Positions 15,794 through 23,644 are shown, numbered from the stretch's first letter. The stretch: DNA of 32,728 nucleotides from Parcubacteria group bacterium GW2011_GWA2_45_30 (GCA_001001625.1 LCKU01000002.1:1-32728), one strand, 5' to 3'. A program made the numbers and translations. Notes: generated by a model not told the origin, from the letters alone.

Positions 15794-16942
15794 ATGAAAA
15801 AGGAACTTCCGGAAGGACGCACTGTTGTCGCAACCGGCAATGAGGCCGCTGCTTATGCCGCACTTCTTTCACGAGTGCAAGTTATTCCGGCCTACCCCAT
15901 TACGCCGCAAACGGTTGTGGTGGAGCGTCTGGCCGAAATGACGGCCGGGGATGAACATATAATCTATAAAAACATGGAGAGCGAACACGCCATGCTGGGA
16001 TATGCATCGCGGGCATCGAAGCTGGGTATGCGCGTATTTACAGCCACAAGCTCGCAGGGCCTGCTTTATGCGGACGAACAGCTCCACCGCATCGGGCGCG
16101 AACGAATACCCATGGTTATAGCCGTAGCCAATCGAAGTGTTGCCGCCCCGTTAAATCTCGGACCCGATCTTAACGACTCCATGTCAAAACGCGACTGCGG
16201 GTGTTTGCAATTTTATTGCAGTAATGTGCAGGAAATTCTGGACACCATAATCCTGGGTTTCAAAGTTGCCGAAAAAGTTCTTCTGCCTGCCATGATAAAT
16301 TATGAAGGATTTATACTCTCTCATGCCGCCTCCGGCTTTGAAATCCCCTCACAGGCAACAGTAGATCGCTTTTTGCCGGCCTTCTCTCCCCCCAAAGAAT
16401 GGATAATTGATCCGGACCGGCCGCGTTCCTATTCCCAAATACCCGCGGCCCCGGCTTACGCCCGATTCCAGCTCGAAGTAGAACGGGCAATGAATCGTGC
16501 ACGAGAAGTTATTGAAAAGGAGGCGCGCGAATTTTCCAAAATTTTTGGCAGAGAAAAAGTCGGCCTTCTCGAGATAACCGGAAACAGAAACGCCAAAATC
16601 GGAATGGTTGCCGTGGGATCCATCGGAGATACGGCCAAATGCCTGGTTAAAAATAACGACTTACTTCTGATGCGCATCCATACGTTTAGGCCATTTCCCG
16701 CCACAGAGCTCCGCCGTGCCCTTAAAAACGTAAAAAAAATCGCAGTTATAGATCGCGCCACGTCTTTTGGCGGAACAGCGCCGCTAGCGGCCGAAGTAAT
16801 CGCAGCCGCCGGCCCACGAGTCAGAGGTTTCATAGCCGGCATAGGAGGATGCAATGTTACCGAGACCACCCTGGAAAATATCATCCGCAAACTCGATACC
16901 GCAAAACCGGATAGACCCACCTGGATAATCGAGGAGAATTAG
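15794..16942 (+). CDS. 2-oxoacid:ferredoxin oxidoreductase alpha subunit (PorA/VorA-like)
   Basis: 382-aa ORF starting 2 nt after the previous stop. GNEAAAYAALLSRVQVIPAYPITPQT is the typical alpha-subunit N-terminus. Confidence 0.85.
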   Translation: MKKELPEGRTVVATGNEAAAYAALLSRVQVIPAYPITPQTVVVERLAEMTAGDEHIIYKNMESEHAMLGYASRASKLGMRVFTATSSQGLLYADEQLHRIGRERIPMVIAVANRSVAAPLNLGPDLNDSMSKRDCGCLQFYCSNVQEILDTIILGFKVAEKVLLPAMINYEGFILSHAASGFEIPSQATVDRFLPAFSPPKEWIIDPDRPRSYSQIPAAPAYARFQLEVERAMNRAREVIEKEAREFSKIFGREKVGLLEITGNRNAKIGMVAVGSIGDTAKCLVKNNDLLLMRIHTFRPFPATELRRALKNVKKIAVIDRATSFGGTAPLAAEVIAAAGPRVRGFIAGIGGCNVTETTLENIIRKLDTAKPDRPTWIIEEN

Positions 16943-16958
16943 AAAGGAGAAATGACCA

Positions 16959-17873
16959 ATGGCACGGAAACTATTACCCCTGATTCGCGACGCAAAGGAA
17001 TTAGATCCGGGAAACGGAGCATGCCCCGGCTGCGGATCCACTCTTGTGCTTTCGCATCTCGTGCATATTATTTTAAGCGCGGGACGAATACCATTTTTTG
17101 TAATTCCGGCGTCATGCTGGACAATCAACATCGGACGCTTCCCGCAGTCCATAGGACATAATAAAATTTCTTTTGACGCCACCCTTTTTGCGTCGGCGCC
17201 GGCTGAGGCCGCGGCCTACGCGGATGTATTCGGAAGAATAAAAAAACGGGAGGATGTCATAGTTGTTGCTTTTTGCGGAGACGGATCTACCTATGATATT
17301 GCTTTTGGCGGAGTATCGGCCGCGGCTGAGCGAAACGACAACTTCTTATATATTTTGAATGACAACGAGGCATACATGAACACGGGCATCCAGAAATCCG
17401 GCGCCACACCCTTTGGCGCCGTAACAACCACCACGCCCGCCTCCTCCCCTAAGCAGGGCGAAAAAAAAGATATTGATTTTATTCTGGCAGAACATAAAAT
17501 ACCCTATCTGGCGACCGCTACCCTGGGATCAGTACCCATGCTTAAAGATTTTTATGCCAAAGTTGAAAAGGCGGTGTTTAAAAAGGGGTTCCGGTTTATT
17601 CATACCCTGAATCCCTGTCCACCGGGCTGGAAATCCAAGTCCGAAGACACTGTGCGGATTTCAGAACTGGCGGTTATGAGCAATATTTTTCCGCTGGTTG
17701 AGTTTGAAAACGGAGCCTGGCGCATAACCCATATGCCGCTCAAAACAGTTCCGGTTACGGAATATCTGACTCTTCAGGAACGTTTCGCACGCTTAACTGA
17801 AAAAGACGTTGCGTTCATCCAATCCTCAACGGATGAACGGTTTGAACGATTTAAACAGCTGTCAAAAAAATAA
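16959..17873 (+). CDS. 2-oxoacid:ferredoxin oxidoreductase beta subunit (TPP-binding, PorB/VorB-like)
   Basis: CPGCGS motif near the N-terminus and TPP motif GDGSTYDIAFGGVSAAAERNDNFLYILNDNEAYMNTG. AGGAG lies upstream at 16945-16949. Confidence 0.85.
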   Translation: MARKLLPLIRDAKELDPGNGACPGCGSTLVLSHLVHIILSAGRIPFFVIPASCWTINIGRFPQSIGHNKISFDATLFASAPAEAAAYADVFGRIKKREDVIVVAFCGDGSTYDIAFGGVSAAAERNDNFLYILNDNEAYMNTGIQKSGATPFGAVTTTTPASSPKQGEKKDIDFILAEHKIPYLATATLGSVPMLKDFYAKVEKAVFKKGFRFIHTLNPCPPGWKSKSEDTVRISELAVMSNIFPLVEFENGAWRITHMPLKTVPVTEYLTLQERFARLTEKDVAFIQSSTDERFERFKQLSKK

Positions 17874-17901
17874 CCGTTTGGTACTGACCAAACGGCTTTT
17901 C
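17874..17901. terminator. Bidirectional terminator between convergent operons
   Basis: Perfect 9-bp stem CCGTTTGGT/ACCAAACGG with a 4-nt loop, flanked by CTTTT on the plus strand and TTATTTTTT on the minus strand. Confidence 0.7.
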
Positions 17902-17903
17902 TA

Positions 17904-18479
17904 TTAAAATATCCCATGACTCTTACCCAGGTACTTAAGTATTTTAAAAGTCAGGGCCATCTTCTCAAACCAAGGCGAAGGATGAAGCAACAAATCCATC
18001 ATTTCTTGGCTTGGTTTAGTGCTGACAGCGACCACGCGACCAAATACTTTTTCCTCGCCGTGCAACATAATGCGCGCCTCAACAATTGCCTTATGATCAT
18101 CCATCTCTACCGCCTTAGCTAAAATCTCCAGATGCCCCTGATCAGTCGGAACTTTTTTCATAAGATCAATGGAGAAATTACGCGTCACATCCCACCAAAG
18201 ATACGGCGGACTGCCGAACGCCCTATTCTCCCGCTTATATCGGGTGGCCATGGCGGTCCAGATGGCATGGCAATCTATAAGCGAGCCGGAAGTTCCGCCA
18301 TGCAGAATATCCGGTGTGGCAGCCGCAAACCAGAGCTGTGGCTGCCAAATACACACGGTTATCTCCTTAAGTTCGTCATACCAAAAACTTTTTATGCGAT
18401 GCCCGATGGGATTTGAAGGACCGCACCCGAAACACCTGTTTCCCGGAAAATAATCCTGGAATGCTTTAGTTTTAAGCAT
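17904..18479 (-). CDS. PaaI-family (hotdog-fold) thioesterase
   Basis: The CFGCGPSNPIGHRIK motif and a following HGG segment are typical of PaaI/4HBT-type thioesterases. Start placed at ATG 18479, because the GTG at 18494 would overlap the upstream gene. Confidence 0.6.
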   Translation of the reverse strand: MLKTKAFQDYFPGNRCFGCGPSNPIGHRIKSFWYDELKEITVCIWQPQLWFAAATPDILHGGTSGSLIDCHAIWTAMATRYKRENRAFGSPPYLWWDVTRNFSIDLMKKVPTDQGHLEILAKAVEMDDHKAIVEARIMLHGEEKVFGRVVAVSTKPSQEMMDLLLHPSPWFEKMALTFKILKYLGKSHGIF

Positions 18480-18483
18480 TTGT

Positions 18484-19650
18484 TCACCCGCCACTCTTCT
18501 GAAGAATTCTTCGAGCTATAATAAGACGCTGAATTTCCGATGCCCCTTCATAAATCGGGATGGCCAGCGCATCGAATAAAAGCCGGGAAGAGAGCGAATG
18601 AAGTATATAGCTCATAGCGCCACATTTCTGGAAAAACAGAAGAGTTGATTTAAGCGCCGCTTCCGCTCCGGCAAGTTTAGCCAAGGAAGCGGCCTCGGCA
18701 GATTGCGGATGAGACCGGGTTTCAAAATCAGCCGCCGTATAGGCGAGTACTCGAGCCGCCTGAATTTCGCAATGCATTTCAGCAATCTCCGGCATACTCT
18801 GCTTAAATATGGACTCTCCGAACACTACGCGCCCCTTTGTATATACAGCCATTTCGTTAAACGCATGCTGGGCAAGCCCTACCCCCTGTATACCAATTGC
18901 GCAACGCGAGTGCTGAAATGTCCGGTTAAACACCGGCCATCCCCCGTGAAGTTTTCCCAAAATATTTTTTTCGGTTGCCTCATAATCCATGAGAGTAACC
19001 TGGCAAAGCGGCGCGCCGTGCTGGCCGATCTTTTCTTCAACCCGATCAAGATAATACCCTGGGACATCCGAACCAATATCAATTAGAAAGGCGGTGGTTC
19101 CGGGTTTTCCGGACTGACGCCTGGCAGTACGCGCCGACACGACTGCGGCGCCCGCAACTGAAGCGCTCGTGATAAAACATTTGGTGCCGTTTAAAATCCA
19201 TTTGTCTCCGCGGCGTTCGGCTTTAAGCTTAATATTTTTAGCATCGGATCCTACGCCTGGTTCGGTATTAGCCACGCATCCGAAAAATTCTCCCTTTATC
19301 GCGCGCGGCAGATATTTTTGTTTCTGATCCTCGCGCCCGAATGTTTCCACAGCAAAATTAAAAAGGGTATTTTGCACCAGAACGCAAAGCGCAAGTGCGC
19401 AGGACTCGCGCGCAATTTCTCCGAACACAAGCAGTGCGTCTAAAAAATTGAGTCCGGATCCGCCATATTTAGGATTAGTGCTCATGCCCAGATAGCCCTG
19501 CGCCGCCGCTTCACGCATAAACGCATGCGGAAATTCCTTGGTCTGATACGCCTCTTCAATCCAGGCCTGAACCTTAACGCTTCGCATGAATTTACGAGCG
19601 TTTTCGTGCAGCAAAACCTGCTCTTCGGAAAAACTGAAATCCATAGCCAA
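18484..19650 (-). CDS. Acyl-CoA dehydrogenase
   Basis: 388-aa ORF with the family-typical segments GCVANTEPGVGSDA and the C-terminal IYEGASEIQRLIIAR. AAGGA RBS lies 4 nt before the ATG. Confidence 0.85.
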   Translation of the reverse strand: MAMDFSFSEEQVLLHENARKFMRSVKVQAWIEEAYQTKEFPHAFMREAAAQGYLGMSTNPKYGGSGLNFLDALLVFGEIARESCALALCVLVQNTLFNFAVETFGREDQKQKYLPRAIKGEFFGCVANTEPGVGSDAKNIKLKAERRGDKWILNGTKCFITSASVAGAAVVSARTARRQSGKPGTTAFLIDIGSDVPGYYLDRVEEKIGQHGAPLCQVTLMDYEATEKNILGKLHGGWPVFNRTFQHSRCAIGIQGVGLAQHAFNEMAVYTKGRVVFGESIFKQSMPEIAEMHCEIQAARVLAYTAADFETRSHPQSAEAASLAKLAGAEAALKSTLLFFQKCGAMSYILHSLSSRLLFDALAIPIYEGASEIQRLIIARRILQKSGG

Positions 19651-19717
19651 TCCTTTAATGTTAAAATAACCGCTTTCATGGTTGCATAATGGCGAGAAAA
19701 GTCAAGCACATGTGGAC

Positions 19718-19863
19718 GAGGCCGTTGAATAATTACCGGAGGATTATTTTTCGAGCAAGTCCTTCGACTTCGCTCAGGATAAACTGAGCGCGTCGAGAAA
19801 TACAATAAGATGTTAGCTTCTCGACTCCACTTCGTTTCGCTCGAAGAATAATTCAACGGTCTC
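19718..19863. other. Multi-stem structured intergenic element (candidate ncRNA or MITE-like repeat) containing a TCCTTCGACTTCGCTCAGGAT copy
   Basis: The closing stem GAGGCCGTTGAATAATT/AATAATTCAACGGTCTC has one mismatch and one wobble pair. Inner pairs are TTCGAGC/GCTCGAA, the hairpin CGCTCAG-GATAAA-CTGAGCG, and the hairpin GTCGAGAA...TTCTCGAC (8 bp). Confidence 0.6.
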
Positions 19864-19867
19864 GGGG

Positions 19868-19897
19868 ACAAAAACATCCACGAAAACTTCGTGGATT
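19868..19897 (-). terminator. Rho-independent terminator of the SDR gene
   Basis: Perfect 9-bp stem ATCCACGAA/TTCGTGGAT with a 4-nt loop, followed on the minus strand by GTTTTTG. Confidence 0.65.
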
Positions 19898-19911
19898 TTA
19901 AAATTGCGTAT

Positions 19912-20742
19912 TTAAGACGCGCTCCAGCCGCCGTCAACAGACAATACGACGCCGTTTAAATATTGGGGGGCATCCAAGGCAAGATATCGTATGACGTTGG
20001 CAATTTCCTCCGGCTCGCCCCAACGCTTAAACGGCACACGCGCTTTTACTTCCTCAAAAAAACCTATGGGCAAGGTCTTAATCATCGGCGTATCGGTTCC
20101 GCCGGGCGCCACCGCATTTACCGTAATGTCCAATGGTTCCCCGTCTTTATTATGCGGCGCCTCCAGGGCTAGGGTTTTTGTAATACTCTCTACACCGGCC
20201 TTAGAAACGGCATAGGCGGAATTCCCCGGATCTCCGCGATGTCCGGCAACAGATGAAGTGTTTATGACTCGTCCGAATTTCTGCGATCGCATATGGGGTA
20301 AAACGGCGTGACACCAGTTTAACGTTCCCAGAAGGTTTACGTTAATAACCGCTTGTACTTGCTCCATCGGGGTGCGCACAAAAGCGCCAAATTTTTGCGG
20401 AGGAATTCCAGCCAGATGCACCAATACATCTATCCGTCCGCAAAAAGATATGATGGCTTCTGCCACGTCATGAACATCCTGCGTGTCAGCAACATCATTC
20501 ACGTAATATATGTGACCTGCCGTAAATTTGGCATTGACATTGAGCTGATTTACAAAAAGACCAAGCTGCAAAACCTTTTCCGGCTGATCAACGAGCACAA
20601 GTTTTACGCCCGGCACTTCGGCAAGCAACTTGGCTGTTGCCCGCCCAATCCCGCCATTGGCACCCGTGATTACCACAACTTTTTTAGGAACGTCCCGGGC
20701 GTCAACAACCACTTTTGTTTCTTCCGTTGCTTTCAGATCCAT
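19912..20742 (-). CDS. Short-chain dehydrogenase/reductase (FabG / 3-hydroxyacyl-CoA dehydrogenase-like)
   Basis: Has the cofactor motif TGANGGIGRA, an NxxG-like segment, and the catalytic S...YAVSK motif. Confidence 0.8.
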   Translation of the reverse strand: MDLKATEETKVVVDARDVPKKVVVITGANGGIGRATAKLLAEVPGVKLVLVDQPEKVLQLGLFVNQLNVNAKFTAGHIYYVNDVADTQDVHDVAEAIISFCGRIDVLVHLAGIPPQKFGAFVRTPMEQVQAVINVNLLGTLNWCHAVLPHMRSQKFGRVINTSSVAGHRGDPGNSAYAVSKAGVESITKTLALEAPHNKDGEPLDITVNAVAPGGTDTPMIKTLPIGFFEEVKARVPFKRWGEPEEIANVIRYLALDAPQYLNGVVLSVDGGWSAS

Positions 20743-20776
20743 CTTTTTTGCCTCGCGTTTTTAAATATCCAAAAGA

Positions 20777-20805
20777 AGCGTAGCAAATGAGAATAAAGAG
20801 GTCAA
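20777..20805 (-). promoter_or_regulatory. Promoter of the SDR gene: TTGACC-N17-TACGCT with TG-extended -10
   Basis: The minus strand reads TTGACC-TCTTTATTCTCATTTGC-TACGCT. The architecture and TTTGCTACGCTT core are identical to the promoter at 24672-24700. The -35 overlaps the murE stop codon. Confidence 0.45.
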
Positions 20806-22124
20806 GTTTTAATTTTCTTTAGCTCTTCTCGTACCACATCCCTGTCGTCCCATGGAATTTTGCTTCCATCGGGACCCATGATCCAGGGCTCTGCGCCTTT
20901 ACCCGTTATCACCACCGCATCGCCGGATTTGGCGAGTTTTAACGCCTCCCGTATAGCTTCGCGTCTATCTAGAATCTTTCTAAAATTTAGGATTTCGGAT
21001 TTAGGATTTCGAATTTGCGAAAGTCCGTTTTCTATATCATCTAAAATTGACTGCGGATTTTCGTCATATGGATCTTCGTTGGTCAAAATTATTTCACCAC
21101 AGAACTGTGATGCGATTCTGCCGAATTCCGGCCTTTTCCATTTGTCTCTCCCGCCTCCGGCCGCACCCAAAACGCAGATCAAATTTTGGCTTTTGGCTTT
21201 TGACTTTTGACTTAATTCCTTAAGAAATGCATAAACATTTTTAAGGGATTGAGGCGTATGCGCATAATCAACCACCACCACAAATGGCTTTTTCTGCACA
21301 AATTCCATCCTTCCCGGAATACCGGAAATGTGCGCCAGCGCCTCGGATATTTTTTCCAATGAAATATGCTGTAATAATCCTACCGAAACCGCCGCCAGAA
21401 TATTATATAAATTAAACTCGCCGCAAAGCGACACCGTAAAATTCTGCCCCCCGACTTCAAAAGAAATATTTTCGCTGCCAACCCTCACATCTCGTATTAA
21501 ATATGTCCTACCTAGAAATTTTATTTCGTCTTTCCCATAAAATATTTTTCGTGCTCCGGTCGCGGCACAGAATCTATCCATATACGGGTCATGACGATTA
21601 ATAACCGCAACGGCAGACATGGGCAGACGCCAAAATAGATCCAGCTTTGCCCGCAAATATCGTTCAAAGCTTCCGTGCGATTCAATATGCTCGCGCTCCA
21701 TGTTTGTCATAACTGCCGCGGAAAAATTAATAAAACGGTGCCGGAACTGTTTAATTCCCTCGGAGGTGACTTCCAGCACAACATAGCGGCATCCGGATTT
21801 CACAGCGCGATGCAAAAACCGCTGTAGGAAAAATCTGCCCGGCATAGTTATTTTTTTTTCATTTATTTCCGTATCACCGCCCACGCGGAACCGCAACGAA
21901 GAGACGGATGCTGTTTTTTCGCCTCCGGCTTGTAAAATTTCGTGAATTAATTCTACAACCGTTGTTTTGCCTTTAGTGCCGGTGATGCCTATAACAAAGA
22001 GCTTGCGCGACGGGAACCAAAACCATAACGCCGCCGAAAACGCGAGTAAAAAATGATACGGCAACTGGAGTGCCATAAAAAAGCGGAGAGGAATTATTTT
22101 TTTAAGAAAAGGGAGTATCGGCAT
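20802..22124 (-). CDS. murE: Mur ligase, MurE-like (UDP-MurNAc-L-Ala-D-Glu:diamino acid ligase)
   Basis: Has the P-loop GITGTKGKTT, a DYAHTP motif, and the C-terminal ILTNEDPYDENP, where DAP-type MurE carries DNPR. The N-terminal domain is replaced by a hydrophobic segment. Two short-period repeat tracts lie in frame. Confidence 0.7.
   Translation of the reverse strand: MPILPFLKKIIPLRFFMALQLPYHFLLAFSAALWFWFPSRKLFVIGITGTKGKTTVVELIHEILQAGGEKTASVSSLRFRVGGDTEINEKKITMPGRFFLQRFLHRAVKSGCRYVVLEVTSEGIKQFRHRFINFSAAVMTNMEREHIESHGSFERYLRAKLDLFWRLPMSAVAVINRHDPYMDRFCAATGARKIFYGKDEIKFLGRTYLIRDVRVGSENISFEVGGQNFTVSLCGEFNLYNILAAVSVGLLQHISLEKISEALAHISGIPGRMEFVQKKPFVVVVDYAHTPQSLKNVYAFLKELSQKSKAKSQNLICVLGAAGGGRDKWKRPEFGRIASQFCGEIILTNEDPYDENPQSILDDIENGLSQIRNPKSEILNFRKILDRREAIREALKLAKSGDAVVITGKGAEPWIMGPDGSKIPWDDRDVVREELKKIKT
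20985..21019. repeat. Five tandem heptamers (ATTTAGG ATTTCGG ATTTAGG ATTTCGA ATTTGCG) inside murE
   Basis: Read directly from the sequence. Translated on the minus strand they give SQIRNPKSEILNF. Confidence 0.8.
21184..21211. repeat. Four tandem heptamers (TTTTGGC x2, TTTTGAC x2) inside murE
   Basis: Read directly from the sequence. Translated on the minus strand they give the SQKSKAKSQN segment. Confidence 0.8.
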
Positions 22125-22125
22125 T

Positions 22126-22605
22126 TCAGGGTCGATTTATTATGCTACCGAGAAAAATAATAAGGGCCGCGGCGCTGTTGGTGAAAATAATGCGATACGT
22201 ATTGCCGAATTGAAAATTGTCCGAAAGCAAAACTGCAAGAGTCGCCATAAAAACAATTGCGGCCCAAAGTACCACAAAGAGTTCGCCAAAATATATGGAC
22301 GGATAGGCGCGGCGGCGCTTGCGGACCTCTTTCAAAAGGACATACACGCCCAACGCCCCAAGATATGGTTCCTGCAGAGCATCTAAGAAAATAAATATCA
22401 CGGGATATACGCGATCCAATCCGAAAAAGAAAAAAACCGCTAAAACGGCCAGATAACAATAAGTAAAAATACCGAGTATTCTATAAAGCCAGTCAACTGC
22501 TTCTCGGCGTAGCATTTCCTCGCATATCACCTCATCAAATTCAGCTCCTCTTCCAGAGGAAAAAACAATTAGACGGCAGAGAATTTTTCTGGGATAACTG
22601 AACAC
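22126..22605 (-). CDS. Hypothetical multi-pass membrane protein; start uncertain
   Basis: Hydrophobic ORF whose stop is 1 nt from the murE ATG (operon). The ORF-track start is a GTG, and an internal ATG (MLRREAVDW) is an alternative. Confidence 0.5.
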   Translation of the reverse strand: MFSYPRKILCRLIVFSSGRGAEFDEVICEEMLRREAVDWLYRILGIFTYCYLAVLAVFFFFGLDRVYPVIFIFLDALQEPYLGALGVYVLLKEVRKRRRAYPSIYFGELFVVLWAAIVFMATLAVLLSDNFQFGNTYRIIFTNSAAALIIFLGSIINRP

Positions 22606-22622
22606 TCGCTATAGCGATTTTC

Positions 22623-22752
22623 ATCCATTTAGTTTTCAGACACGACTCACGCGCTCCTACGGCGCGTTCGCTAAGGGTTGGACGAAACTTTTCCGCGTCA
22701 TTGCGGAAAACCAAGCAGTTTCGTCCTCCCATTGTCTGAAAACTAAACGGAT
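22623..22752. other. 130-nt multi-stem structured intergenic element (candidate ncRNA or MITE-like repeat)
   Basis: The 20-bp closing stem ATCCATTTAGTTTTCAGACA/TGTCTGAAAACTAAACGGAT has one mismatch. Inside are the hairpin ACGCGC-TCCTACG-GCGCGT and a perfect 10-bp stem GGACGAAACT/AGTTTCGTCC enclosing TTTCCGC-GTCATT-GCGGAAA. Confidence 0.6.
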
Positions 22753-22789
22753 TCAACCGCGTGTATACTCACTTATAAATTTTCCTTTT

Positions 22790-23644
22790 TTATCTGAACA
22801 GACGGGCCAAATAATATAATCCATATAACACGGGGCGATAAATTATATCAACTGACGCCGGATATTCTACTTGTTCTCCTCCAAATCCAAGTTTAAATCG
22901 CGTAAGGCCGGGCCAGCGCGCCTCATCAATTCCCCAAAAATCATAAGATTTGAATCCGCGTACTTTGGCTTCTTGAATCGCTCGCCAATACAACAAATGC
23001 GGAGCCATAACTTCGCGATGTTCGCTTGACGATGCGCCGTGAAGATAGGTTGCGGTTTGCGAGGGTTTATAAAAATTTACCAATACGACCGCAATTATTT
23101 TGTTCTGATATTTTGCGAAAAAAATCTCATTGGAAAAATCATTATCGCGCGCGGCAAGAAGTTTTTCATAATGTTCCCGCGAATGAACCGAAAATTTATC
23201 GCGCTTAGCGGTTTCTGCCAACAAACCCCAAAACGCCTCAAAGTCCCCTCCTTTCTCCACCAAGGATCCTTTGCGCTCGGCCAGCCGGATGTTATAACGT
23301 GTTTTTTCATGCATCCCGGAAAGTAATTCCGCCTCGGATTTTGTTAAATCAAGAATAACGGTTTTTTGTGGCTGAATTGGATTTGACGCCTGACGCCTAA
23401 CATCTGACATTTGAACGCGTCTAGCCGGATCGATTTTTAAAAAGACGGATTTCTCCCCTTGGGCTATTTTCTTAACACCCGATAATAAGTTGTCAGTTAA
23501 TAATTCCGGGTGCGGAGTATATAAATAATTAAACCCCGCCGGGAGTTTATGCTGAATAACAAGTTGTCCCTCTGCTCTCCAAGTTTTTCGACCAAGACCC
23601 TGCTGAAATTTTTCCCAAGCGGAAGATTGTAAAAAAGAATTCAT
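22790..23644 (-). CDS. FemAB-family peptidoglycan interpeptide-bridge aminoacyltransferase (FemX/MurM-like)
   Basis: The N-terminus FLQSSAWEKFQ and the overall pattern are typical of the FemAB family. Its ATG overlaps the ruvA stop (ATGA). Confidence 0.7.
   Translation of the reverse strand: MNSFLQSSAWEKFQQGLGRKTWRAEGQLVIQHKLPAGFNYLYTPHPELLTDNLLSGVKKIAQGEKSVFLKIDPARRVQMSDVRRQASNPIQPQKTVILDLTKSEAELLSGMHEKTRYNIRLAERKGSLVEKGGDFEAFWGLLAETAKRDKFSVHSREHYEKLLAARDNDFSNEIFFAKYQNKIIAVVLVNFYKPSQTATYLHGASSSEHREVMAPHLLYWRAIQEAKVRGFKSYDFWGIDEARWPGLTRFKLGFGGEQVEYPASVDIIYRPVLYGLYYLARLFR

Noticed and set aside
13713-16920. Several 100-180 aa minus-strand ORFs (13713..14186, 13667..14005, 15120..15665, 16456..16920, 16784..17182)
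   Set aside because: All are antisense to the E1 fusion and oxidoreductase genes, which carry clear cofactor motifs. These are shadow ORFs in a moderately GC-rich coding region.
19482-19937. 151-aa minus-strand ORF spanning the ACAD 5' end and the intergenic structured element
   Set aside because: It is out of frame with the ACAD gene. It runs through the terminator and the repeat element, and its peptide is Arg/Ser-rich repeat translation (PERSRRTCSK).
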